A stretch of 63,642 nucleotides of DNA, filler included, from Reclinomonas americana ATCC 50394 (taxonomy: Eukaryota), in the NCBI GenBank assembly GCA_048213135.1. It is 7 parts of 3 records of this genome, joined end to end, with 100 filler letters (N's around TTAATTAATTAA, not from the genome) between each part and the next. Parts side by side here need not be neighbours in the genome. Positions count along the whole stretch, not along the records: positions 32,154 to 58,214 come from PS015060.1; 6 more parts are not named here. The stretch is one strand, 5' to 3'. The notes under the pieces are model-generated. The model was given only the letters and a program-made list of their open reading frames with translations. It made no database searches and was not told the DNA's origin. Shown piece after piece: positions 42,201 through 55,900 of the stretch. The translations under genes and the position numbers were made by a program. Every line of letters begins with the position of its first letter. Position 1 is the first letter of the stretch.

Positions 42201-44997
42201 ACAGAGATGTGGCCTTGTTGAATGGCCGAATCAAAGGCCGAGCAGCCATACTCATCCATCTCCTCATTCGTAAGCAGAACATGCGCGCCCTCACGTGCCA
42301 CAAGCTCGCGCAGCGCCTCCACGTCGTCGTCAAATGCCATCTCCCATGCTTTCCTCATCGGTCGCTGGGGAATGGCACTGCCAACATATCGGAGAGTGAG
42401 TTCGAGAGTGCGTACAACCTGGCACTGAAAAAATATCGGCGCACGAAACGGAGACTAAACGTCGCACGCAGAGTGAACGAGTATGCGAAAATGTAGGAAT
42501 GAGACAAATGATCGACTAGGCGAAAGAATGGAACGGCGTGAAAGCCTCACCTTGCGTGCTGGAGCTGCCAATTCCGCATAAACAGTGAGCAAAGAAATGC
42601 GCAACATGAAAACACGCAACGGGACCAAACCTGCTGGTGGGGGCTGTGGTAGAGGAACAGGTGGAGGCGCAGCGAGACCTTCAAGGAACTCGGCCACTTG
42701 CATTCTGCCCTTGCGTCGTGCCGACTGGGCAGCCGTCTTGCCCTTGGAGGTGACCACACCGATGAGATCAGGGTAGCGATTGACGAGGAGCCGCACGATG
42801 GCTTCATGGCCATGCATGGTAGCAAAGTGCAGCGCGGTGGACTGAGGATGACTAGCTTGAACCCTGCCGAGCGCTCGCACCATTTCCGGCGGACATCGTC
42901 TCTCGTCGGCAAGCAACCACTCCACCACTCGGAGATGCCCGGCAGAAGCGGCCCCCATCAACGGTGTGAGGCCATACTTGGTGACCGCTTGAGCGAGCTG
43001 CGGCCCAATGCCGGTCTCCTCCCACAAATACTCCAAAACGGAGAGGTGGCCGTGATGTGCGGCCCAATAAAATGCGGAGCCACGGGCACCCATCCCCTCA
43101 CTCGTCAGTAGGACGTGAGCACCATCACGCGCCACCATCGCACGGAGAGCGTCCACATCGCCGTCCCTCGCCAGCTGCCACGCACATTTCCTCTGAAGAA
43201 TCGCACTGCCAGCAATCAACGTGAGGGTGTGTATGCAAGCTGAGACCGACGAACCACAAGTGTACGAAACTAGGAGTGCACATCGCATGCAAAATGAACG
43301 ACAATAAGAATAATGTGAGACGATGGATCGAGTGGCAGAATGAAAACGCGATGACGGTCTCACCTGTGGGGCTACGGAGAAAAAAACAGGAAAGCGTGAG
43401 CAAAAAGAAGAGCAGCAAGGCAACATACAAAAGCCGTCAAACCTTGTGGTGGTGGCGGAGGTGGCGGTGGAGGAGCAGCGAGATTGTCAAGGAACTGGGC
43501 CACCTGCTGCTTGCCCTTCTCTCGTGCCCATTGCGCCGCTGTTTTGCCCCGCTTGTTTACCATGCCAATCAGACCAGGAGAGCGAGCGGCAAGGAGCTGC
43601 ACAACGGCGAGGTGGCCGTTGGAGGCAGCATAATGCAGCGCGGTAGACTGTGAGTTGCCGGACATGCAACTGTCAACAGCCCGCACCATCTCCGGCGGGC
43701 ACCGTCTCTCGTCGGCGAGCAACCACTCCACAACTTCCAGACGGCCATTCGAGGCCGCGACCATCAGCGGTGTGAAGCCGCTATCGTTGGTCATGTGTGC
43801 GAGTTGCGGTCCGGCGCCACTCTCCTCCCACAAGTACTCCAAGACAGAGAGATGGCCGCGCTGAGCAGCCCAGTGAAACGAGTTGCCACTGGCACTCATC
43901 TCCTCCCTCTCCAGCAGTATCTGGGCGCCCTCACGCGCCACCAACCTGCGCAGCGCTTGCAAATCGTCGTCCCTCGCCATCTCATACGCTTTCTTCCCCT
44001 GTTGTTGAGAAATTGCACTGCCAACAAATCAAAGTGCGATTGTGAGTGCGCTTGCAAGCGAAAACTGACAAATCACACGCATACACGAAACTGAAAACAA
44101 TGCACGGCATGGAGGGTGGAGTTAGAAACAAGTCGGCGTGAGACAATCGGTTGACTGGCGGAGAGAGAACAGTATGACGGGCTTACCGGGCGTGCTGCCA
44201 CTGTACCGCAAAAGAAGAAGCAAACACATGAAACACGGTGAGCAGAAAGACCACGGCCAGCAATCAAGACGACAGACATGGCAAGCACACCTGGAGGTGG
44301 AGAAGCAGGCGGCTGTGTGGCTGGCGGAGAGGACAGTGGCAGTGGTGGCAGTGGTGGCAGCGGTGGAAGCGGAAGTTCCGCAACAAGGCTGTCAATCAAC
44401 TCGGCCACCTTCTGCTTGTCGTAGTTGCGCGCCCATTGCGCCGCCGTCTTGCCCTCCTTGTTGACCAACGGAATCAGACCGGGGAAGCGAGTGGCAAGGA
44501 GCTGCACAATGTTGCTGCGGCCATTTGCGGCAGCAAAGTGCAGTGCGGTGGACTGTGGATGCACAGAGCGGTCATTGGTGGCCATCAGAACCATCTCCGG
44601 AGGACACCGCCGCTCGTCGGCAAGCAGCCACTCCACCACACGCAAACGCCCAAAGCACGAGGCCGCCATCAACGGCGTCACGCCATAGTCATCGGCCACG
44701 TGCGCGAGTTGTGGCCCCATGCCAGACTCCTCCCACAAGAACGCCAACGCCGGAAGATGACCATGCACGGCGGCGCAGTAGAAAGCCGACCAGCCACGCT
44801 CACTCATCTCTTCTCTCTTCAGCAGTGTCTGGGCGCCCTCACGCGCCACCAACTTGCGCAGTGCGCTCACATTGCCGTCTCTTGCCATTGCCCACGCTTT
44901 TTTCCTGCGTTGCGGATCGGGGGCACTGTGGAGGTATTATCAGTGTGCGTATAAAGAGCAGATATGCGCTGAAAGACCACGCAGGAGCACACCTCAT
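39283..44997 (-). CDS. Ankyrin-array / coiled-coil / RLK-Pelle-like kinase / RING (C3HC4) protein, copy B
   Basis: Same exon architecture as copy A. Ankyrin exons are 44291-44925, 43443-43998, 42631-43192 and 41722-42364. Kinase and RING exons are nearly identical to copy A. Confidence 0.85.
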
Positions 44998-45602
44998 TCT
45001 TCCTGAGAGATTGGAAGGGAGAAGACACCAGCAGATACTTTTTCGTTTGCCTTCTCTTGCGCAAGTGTGTTTGCGTGCGAGAGTTTTTGACGTCGAGTTT
45101 TTCCGTGTTGCCCTCACTTGTCCTATTTCATGCACGCGACGTTGTGAGATTCTTCTCGCCGTGCAAGTGGCCTGCATGTCATATACGCCAATGTAAAACG
45201 CCAAAGGAAAGACTGTGCTTGGTCCCCACGCAACGCTCGACTTGTCACCGCTGCGCGCGAAATACCGCATGCACGTCGACGTCGTTCTCGAGGCCCGCCG
45301 GTCCACAGCGTGGATAGCCACTGTCCAGTACGCATTACCGCAAAGTGCAGGTGAGAGCGATGTTGCAGAATGCACGGCCTGCAAGTTCAAGGTCATTCGC
45401 AAAGGTCTCGACGTTTGCGTGCGACCGACTTATAATTACAATTCGAATTACAAACCCAGTCAGCGCGCGCCTGGGTGACTGACTCTTTTATTCTAACACT
45501 CGCAATTGTGAAAACCGGAAACCAATGACGCTCAACACGGCCAAGAAGTTCAACGTCAGATGTCCTGCGCGCTTTGTTTCATTCGTTGTTTGTGAGAGAG
45601 CA

Positions 45603-48500
<2,898 letters not shown>

Positions 48501-48899
48501 ACACATTTGTCGCCCCGCCAGTGCATCGTTGGTGTGGTTGTGAATGTGCAGTGAATGTTGAAATCCAAGAGGAGCATGCGTAATTCTCTTCGCTGAAAGC
48601 GGGCAGCTTCACTCATGCAGACGACAGCACGTCTCCTGGAAACTGCACAGCCCACACTAGCGCGCCGCCGTCCACCAGAGAGCAGCATCCGCAATCCATT
48701 TCCAGCACAGGCCAGATTTGTTGCACACGACAAATGGCGCTACCCGAATTGCCTCCCATCCAGGCTTCCTTCGTTGGCTGCGCCGCGACGGCGAGCTCTC
48801 ATACTTGGTTTCCTTCCCAGCCGCCCACTACCAAGGACGACAGTAAGCGGCAGTCAGCACGGGATACGCAGCCGTCAACGCCCAGGGTGGCACGAGGGT

Positions 48900-49465
48900 A
48901 GCCAGTGCCATTCCATTCCTTCGCGAACAATCGCAACCGATGCGGCGCTCGCCGAGAGGAGCAACCGACGGCGAATACTGGGACTCGTGGGCCCAGTCGC
49001 TCCTTCCCGACCAAAGCGACCACGAGCAGGGCCGCCGAGAACCGAAAAATGCGGCACAAGAAGAAGTGGGGAACATCACCAGGCAGGCCCATTGGCCCGG
49101 CCGTTCTTTCCATCGCACGCTATTGCGAGCGAGACCGCCGCGAACGGGGTCACGGTATGAAGAGGGAGGCGATGACAGCACCTGGCAGGCCCATTGGCCA
49201 GGCGATTGCCACAACAGACCGCCGCGAACCGGAAAATGCGGCAAATGCAAGGAAGCGGTACACAGCAGCACGCCCCTGCAGGAGGCGACAGCGCCATCCC
49301 TTTCCATCGCACGCGATTGCGACAGTGACCGCCGAGGGTCATGGCAATTGAAGAGAGGCGGTGCAAAGCAGCACGCTGCTCCACGCGGACAGCACCAATC
49401 CTTTCCGACGGCAACGTGCCATCGCGACCATTTCCGCCGCCGAGATACTCGCCGCTCACGGGAAT

Positions 49466-49499
<34 letters not shown>

Positions 49500-49500
49500 G
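48900..49500. repeat. Degenerate intergenic tandem repeat plus (CAG)n
   Basis: ggcaggcccattggcc, ctttccatcgcacgc.attgcga and gaccgccgcgaac each recur 2-3 times. Confidence 0.55.
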
Positions 49501-49694
49501 AGGGACATCCTTATCGCGGTGCCGGGGCAGGTTGTATTGTCGAACACATGCAAGGGCGCGAACACGGCACGCGCACCCTTCCGGGATCACAACGGAACAC
49601 GAAGAAGAGGGAGGCAGGGGGGGAATACTCGGCAACAAGCCGAAAAACACAAAGAAAACGAGGCATTGGTGGAAGAGAGAGGAGAAAAGATGGA

Positions 49695-52123
49695 TCATTC
49701 CTCGACCGGCTCCGGAGCTGGGCTGCGGCTGTGGCTTCGATCGGGCGGTGGGCTGCGAGCAGGGGTCGGGCTGCGTGATGCCGAGTGGGAGGCGCTGCGG
49801 TCGGGCAGAGGGTGTGAGCAGTGGGAAGAGGAAGGGAGAGGATGAAGAGAAAGAGGTGAGTTGGGGAGACATGCAATGAAGGAAAGAAGGGCGACGCGTG
49901 CACAGAATCTCTCGCTCACCCTCCACACGCACAAACAAGCCCTTTCCCCCCTCCCACCCCTTTCCCTCGCACACACACCTTCGAGCACCGGCGGACGGCG
50001 AGCGCGACCCACTGCGACGTTCCTTCTTCTCGCGCTCCTGCGACCCGTTGCGGCGGCTCGACGACTTCTCCGCACTCGGGCTCCGGCTGCTGTGACGACG
50101 CGGAGAGCGCGATCGTCGGCGCGGGGACGGCGAGCGACTGCGGCTGCCGTGGCGGCGGCGCGGCGAACGCGAGCGACTGCACGGCGACACAATGAGAATA
50201 TGCGCACGAGGTCACGCACAGAAAATGGGCGATCGCGCACTTTTGACGACGGCGGCGCGACGGTGCCTTGACCGGCCTATCCAGCACACACACACAATGA
50301 GTTTCCTTCTTCACAAACCACGGTCGAAACACGCCCTCCCCCACGCAACTTGTCATCAAAGTAATTGAAGGTGACCAACACCGTGCTATCATCGTTATCG
50401 TAGTCCACGTAGCCCTTCTTTTGCATGGCGCGAATCAGCGTGGCAAACGTGCCGAACCCCGTGTCAAAGATCTGGAAATCGCGCTGCAAGCGACGCATGC
50501 GATCGTTGATCACCGACGCGTTGTACGGCATTGGCTTGTGCTCCTTGCCCAGCTCCTTCAGTGCCTCCACAAACAGCCACTGCACCTCGCGGTCCGACAC
50601 AGTCGGGCGCCTATGGGAAGCGAGGATGAGAGTGAGAAGGTGGAGGGCAAAGGCGAGACACGAACCGGGGTGAGCCGGTGGGACCACGTCGCCTTCTCCT
50701 GCGTGGCGAGGAGCGGCGTGGAGAGCGCGAGGAGCGTCGCTCGCTATCGCGCTCGCGGCGTGGGGAGCGAGAGCGTGATCGGCGGCCAGAGCTGTGGGGG
50801 GTGAGGGCAAGGGAGGGTAAGGGAGGGTAAGGCAAAGGAGGAGAGAGAGGGAGGGGGGGGGGGGAAGAAGAAGAAGAAGAAGGAGACTGAGAGGAAAGGG
50901 AAGAGAAGGAGAGAGACAGAAGGAAGACGCAGAGAAGGAGAGACAGAGGGAAGGAGGCAGAGAAGAGGAGTCAGAAAGAGAACGAGGAAACAATGAGAGA
51001 CTGAGAGAGTACGTGCATCTGTGAGAGCGCTCGTGCACTCACTCCATCCACGTTCCAACGCCGCAGCTTCAACTGCGACCACGCGTGCGAGAAACACACC
51101 CCCCCAAAAAAGAACGCGTGATTCAAACTGAATCTCTTCCTGCATTCACGCGCGACAAGTTGTGCATTCACACTCTCTTTGTCAAGGAAGGACACAGAGG
51201 TAAATACACACAGAGAGAGGGACTGTAACACAGAGTAATCTGTGAGGGAACGAGTATGCGCGTGAGAGAGAGACAGAGAGACAGTGAAACGAGAAAAGAA
51301 GGAGAGATTGAGAGAGAAAATGTGCATCTGTGAGAGAGTTCATGCGCTCGCTCCATCCGCGATCCAACACCACAGCTTCAACTGCGACCACGCGTGCAAG
51401 AAACACACCAAAAAGAAAAAAAGAACGGTGCAATCTGAATCTCTTCATGCATTCACGCGCGACAAGTTGTGCATTGACACTCTCCTTGTCAAGGAAGGAC
51501 ACAGAGGTAAACACACAGAGAGAGGGACTGTAACACAGAGTAATCTATGAGGAATGTGCGCGCGTGAGAGAGAAAGAGTGCAACGAGGAAAGAATGAAAG
51601 ATTGAGAGAGAAAACGTGCATCTGTGAGAGAGTTCATGCGCTCGCTCCATCCGCGATCCAACACCACAGCTTCAACTGCGACCACGCGTGCAAGAAACAC
51701 ATCAAAAAAAAAAGAACGGTGCAATCTGAATCTCTTCCTGCATTCACGCGACAAGTTGTGCATTGGACACTCTCCTTGTCGCATGCGCACGTGCAAGAGT
51801 GAGCCTTTTTCGCGCGCAAAATAGTACACGCACAAACTTGCAACAACACACAAACAAACAAGAAGACGAGTGGCACATCTCGCGCGCGCAACATGTCTCA
51901 CTCTCTCTTCTCTCCTTCCCTCTCTCTTTCTCTCTTCGTCACACTACTTGCATGTATGCGCGCGCGCACGCAACTCCTCCGCTGGCCGACTTCGTTTTCT
52001 CAGAGGCGATGCATCGGCTGCATCTGCGCCTCCACTTGGTCGCGTGGACACCGACGCGGAGCCTTCGCCGTTGTGGTGTGAGTGTGCGGGACTGCCGGAG
52101 CGAGAGCGACTGCGTTTGCCCAT
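49695..52123 (-). CDS. RS-repeat protein with a central OST-HTH/LOTUS-like domain
   Basis: RSRSP-rich exons flank LFVEALKEL...NASVINDRMRRLQRDFQIFDTGFGTFATLIRAMQKKGYV, which fits the LOTUS/OST-HTH pattern F....GF..F..L. Confidence 0.65.
51000..51790. repeat. About 300-bp direct repeat (2.5-3 copies) in intron 1 of the RS/LOTUS gene
   Basis: aatctcttc.tgcattcacgcg.gacaagttgtgcatt at about 51131, 51438 and 51729. Confidence 0.85.
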
Positions 52124-52219
52124 TGTCGTTGTTTGTGTAAGGAGAGAGTGGATGAGGACAAAGATTGGTATCTTTGGATTCTTGCGAGAGAATTCGTTGG
52201 TGGCGATGCTCCGCAAGCT

Positions 52220-52750
52220 CCCTCTATGTTACTGCTACTGCGTAGTGCGCTCTAAGAGCTTCTAATTGACGTGTGAAACACAGCTCAAACTTGAGCAGGA
52301 CTTGAGATAAATGTGAAAAGACTGACTTTACCCGTCTGACAGTGTGCCGCATAAGCCCCGACCTTCCCGTGGTGCGCTGAGCGTGCGACTGGCGTTGTTG
52401 TGTAGGCGACATGCTGGCCTACCTCGAAAAATACGAAAAGGCAACGAAGCGTGAAAGCTGTGCACGTGGCTGCACCACTCAAAATGGGCTTCTGAACGTG
52501 CTCGTGCAAGAAATCGATGAGTGGCAATGCTCGGTGTGCGCCCTCTATGTTACTGCTACTGCGTAGTGCATTCAGGAAGCTATTCAATGACGCGTGGAAC
52601 GCTGTCACCGACTGAGCAGAACTCGTGCTGGACGCGAAATACGTGATTTTACCCCTCATACAGTGTGCCGCATAAGCCCCGACCTTCCCGTGGTGCACTG
52701 ATCGTGTGACTGGCGTCGTTGTATAGCCGAGGCACTGAAGTACCTCGAAA
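52220..52750. repeat. 321-bp-period direct duplication between Sec5 and the RS/LOTUS gene
   Basis: ccctctatgttactgctactgcgtagtgc at 52220 and 52541; agtgtgccgcataagccccgaccttcccgtggtgc at 52341 and 52662. Confidence 0.8.
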
Positions 52751-52922
52751 AATCAGGAAACCAATGCCTCAAGGAAGCTGTGGTCGACGGCCGCCTGCTC
52801 TCCTTGCGCCATGCAATTTCTGCACTTCTTTCTAAGTTTTCTCCTTTTTTTGCACACTGCGAGCGGGCGATGGCGCGGGGTGGGATGCACTACTCGAGAA
52901 CGTTGCAATAAAAGTGGTTTTT

Positions 52923-55900
52923 TCACTGCCTGAAACAATCAAGCTCGGTGCGCACGCGCACCTCGGCGTCGCGAATCAGATCGTCCTTGAAGGATTCCCG
53001 CGGAGCTGCACAGCAGAGAGCGGTCAATTCACAGTTGGCAAGCCACCCATCCATTCTTACAAGAGAGATAAGCCCTCTCTTGAAAGAGAGCGATTGTGCA
53101 GGAGCGATGACAAAATGGCACGCAAGGTCAGAGGAAAGAAATAGAAACGAGAGACTGAAGGACAGCTCAGAAATGGCGCACAGGTAGCAGAGCTGCGTGA
53201 ATTCGCGATGAAAGTGCAAGCACTCATCCACACTTATCCCTGAAAGCTACTTGGTCGAAAACAATGAAAAACACATGGAGATGAGACACAGAACAACAGC
53301 ACACAGCGAAACACACCACTCCGCACTTCATAGCCCTCCTATGGCATACCTCTCTCCCCCTCCCCTCACCTCGCCCCCCCCCCCCTCCCTCCCTCCCTTG
53401 CCCCTCCCCCTTCCCTCTCCACCCCACACCCACCTTTCCACGCATCATACTCATCACCACCCGCACAATCAAACACTCGCCCCAGCAGCACCGCAAACAC
53501 CTCATCGGCCTCCACCGTCAGGAACGTGGCAAAGTTCTTGCGCACAAACACAATCTCCGCCTCGAGCTATTTCTCACAAACATCAGTGACACCGTCAGCA
53601 GCGGCTGCGGAGCATTAGAGCGCAACTTGGAAGGCGCCAGTAAACGACAGAATCGGCAACATGCGTGTGTAGTGCGACAGGGCTTTGGCGACGCCAAAGA
53701 ACAGCCGCTGGAGACACGTGAGGAGGTAGTTTTCACAGTAGCGATTGATGAGACCGCGCGTTCGCACGAGCTCAATGAGGAATTCGTAGACCCAGCTGCG
53801 CAGTTCTGTGATGGAGGGGGGATGAGACAAAGAGACACATACACATACACACACATGCACACACACAGAGAACAAACAAACAAGCATGCGTCGTCTACCA
53901 CATACCCTTGACCTCCGGTGCGTTTGTGTATTCGGTGCCCGACAACAGAATGCCCTTCTCGATCGTCTTGGTGAGGCGCACCGATTGCGTGCGAAGGAAC
54001 TCGTCGGCGGTGAGCTCGAACACCGTGTCGACGAGCTTGTAGCACTCCTGCGAGGCGACGATGGTGTCAGCACAGCATGAATCTGTGTATCCCCGACAGC
54101 TGCACGCAACGGCCACTTCCACTGTGAACGCTCGAGGCACACGCAAACGCACGGCGCCAAAGCAGTCCTCGATCTCCTGCGTGAGTTCGCGAAGGAACAG
54201 GCGGGAGGCGTGCGAGCAGGTCGAGGCGACCACGAGCAGCAGGGCGTCCTGCATGGGTGAACGAGGAACAGAAGAGTATGAGAGAAGGCAGGATGATCTC
54301 ACCCAGTCAGACACTCACCAACTGCCCACGCCGTTCACACGACCGGCGGAGGGGAACGGAGGTGTTGAACGCCACCGCATGCAGCTGGTCGGCGAAGCGC
54401 GAGTAGGCGTCGGTGAAGAACTTGCACACCATGGGCCACGAGGACTGCACGGCATCAGTGAGCGGAAATGAGATGATCGCCAGCAGCAACTGCATCGGGC
54501 AAACAAACCTCCGCAGCCGCCACCACATTCACAATGCGTGCCGTGAAGGAGCGGACGAGGTCGGCAAACGCGCCAGGGAGCTGCAAGGAAATGTCGCCAG
54601 CAGTGACACGCTCGGCCATGGCCAGGCGGGAGATAGCTGCGCAACAATAGTGAGGAGGGATAGCCTGTGGCAGATGGAATCTTGCTCATCGGGCAGTGAA
54701 GGAACAACTCAATCTACTCCGTGCAACAGGAAACGATCATGCAAACAGGGAACCGTTATTCTGTCACTTCCCAGGACTTGAGAACGGAAGGGAAAGAAAC
54801 ACAGGCAGTTTTTCTTCCCCTGTTCTCTACTCTTGCCTCTCGGAAACTGGCGCCCATCCCTCACTCACCTGCGAGCGAGCTCCTGGTTATCCGCTGGATG
54901 GCGTCCTTGGTGAGATCGTCCACACCCGTGCGGAATCTGGTCAGTTGCACCTCGGAGAACATCGGGCCGGTGGAGGCCGCCGCAGAGGTGGTGGTGGTGC
55001 CCGCTGGTGGGCTGCCGGTGGCGATCAGTGTGTAGCACGAGCGCACCTTGTTCAGCGCCTCCAGCAGGCGTTGTTGCAGGGGGTCCTGTTGCACTTGGCA
55101 TGAGCGTGCAATTCGACAAGCTGTTGGAGAAGATGGAGGAACGCAACTCGTGCATCTTCCAGACGCGGAAAGTATTTGCTCACGGCTGACAGGTACTGAT
55201 CAAACACCTTGTCGAGAACGGCGCCCACATTCTTCTCCTTGTCAGCCAGGCTCTTGAATTCGTGCTCGCGCGTGGCCGAGTTCTGCGTGGGAAAAGGGAG
55301 AGCGAATTCAGCAACCCGCAGCCTCTGCAGCACGTGTGCAAGGGAGCAACGCACCCGATTGAGTGTGCCTGTCGTGTACGACGAGTTGAACTTTTGGAAA
55401 TCGGCCAGGCGCTTGCGAACTTGACGGCTGAGGTGTGAGACGAGTCGCAGCGTGATGCGCGAGAGATCTGCAACACAAAACGAGGAGACGTGAGCGAATG
55501 AAAGGCAACCCCCGTCGACTTCACATGACAATTCCCACCTTCCGGCTCCGCGGATCGCCCTGCGCGCCGGGCTTGCAGCTCGACCACCTTTTCCTCGTAA
55601 TGCGTCGTCACACGAGTAAGTGAGTTGATCGTGCGCTCCTCGAACACCGACATGTAGTAGTTGATTGGATCGCGTGGTGAGTCCAGCGCGTAGAGGTGGC
55701 TGCGAAGAAAAAGTCAGAGAACGGAATACGCAGAATACACCCGCCTGCTAACAACGCACAAGATAAACTTCTCCTTGTCCAGGTAGGAGAACGACGACTC
55801 CATCATCAGCGCCTCCAGTTCGGTGCGCACGTCGGCCACGATGCGGCTGACCTCGTCAAACACCTGCGGAGAGGAGAGATGATGAAATGGGGACGTAACC

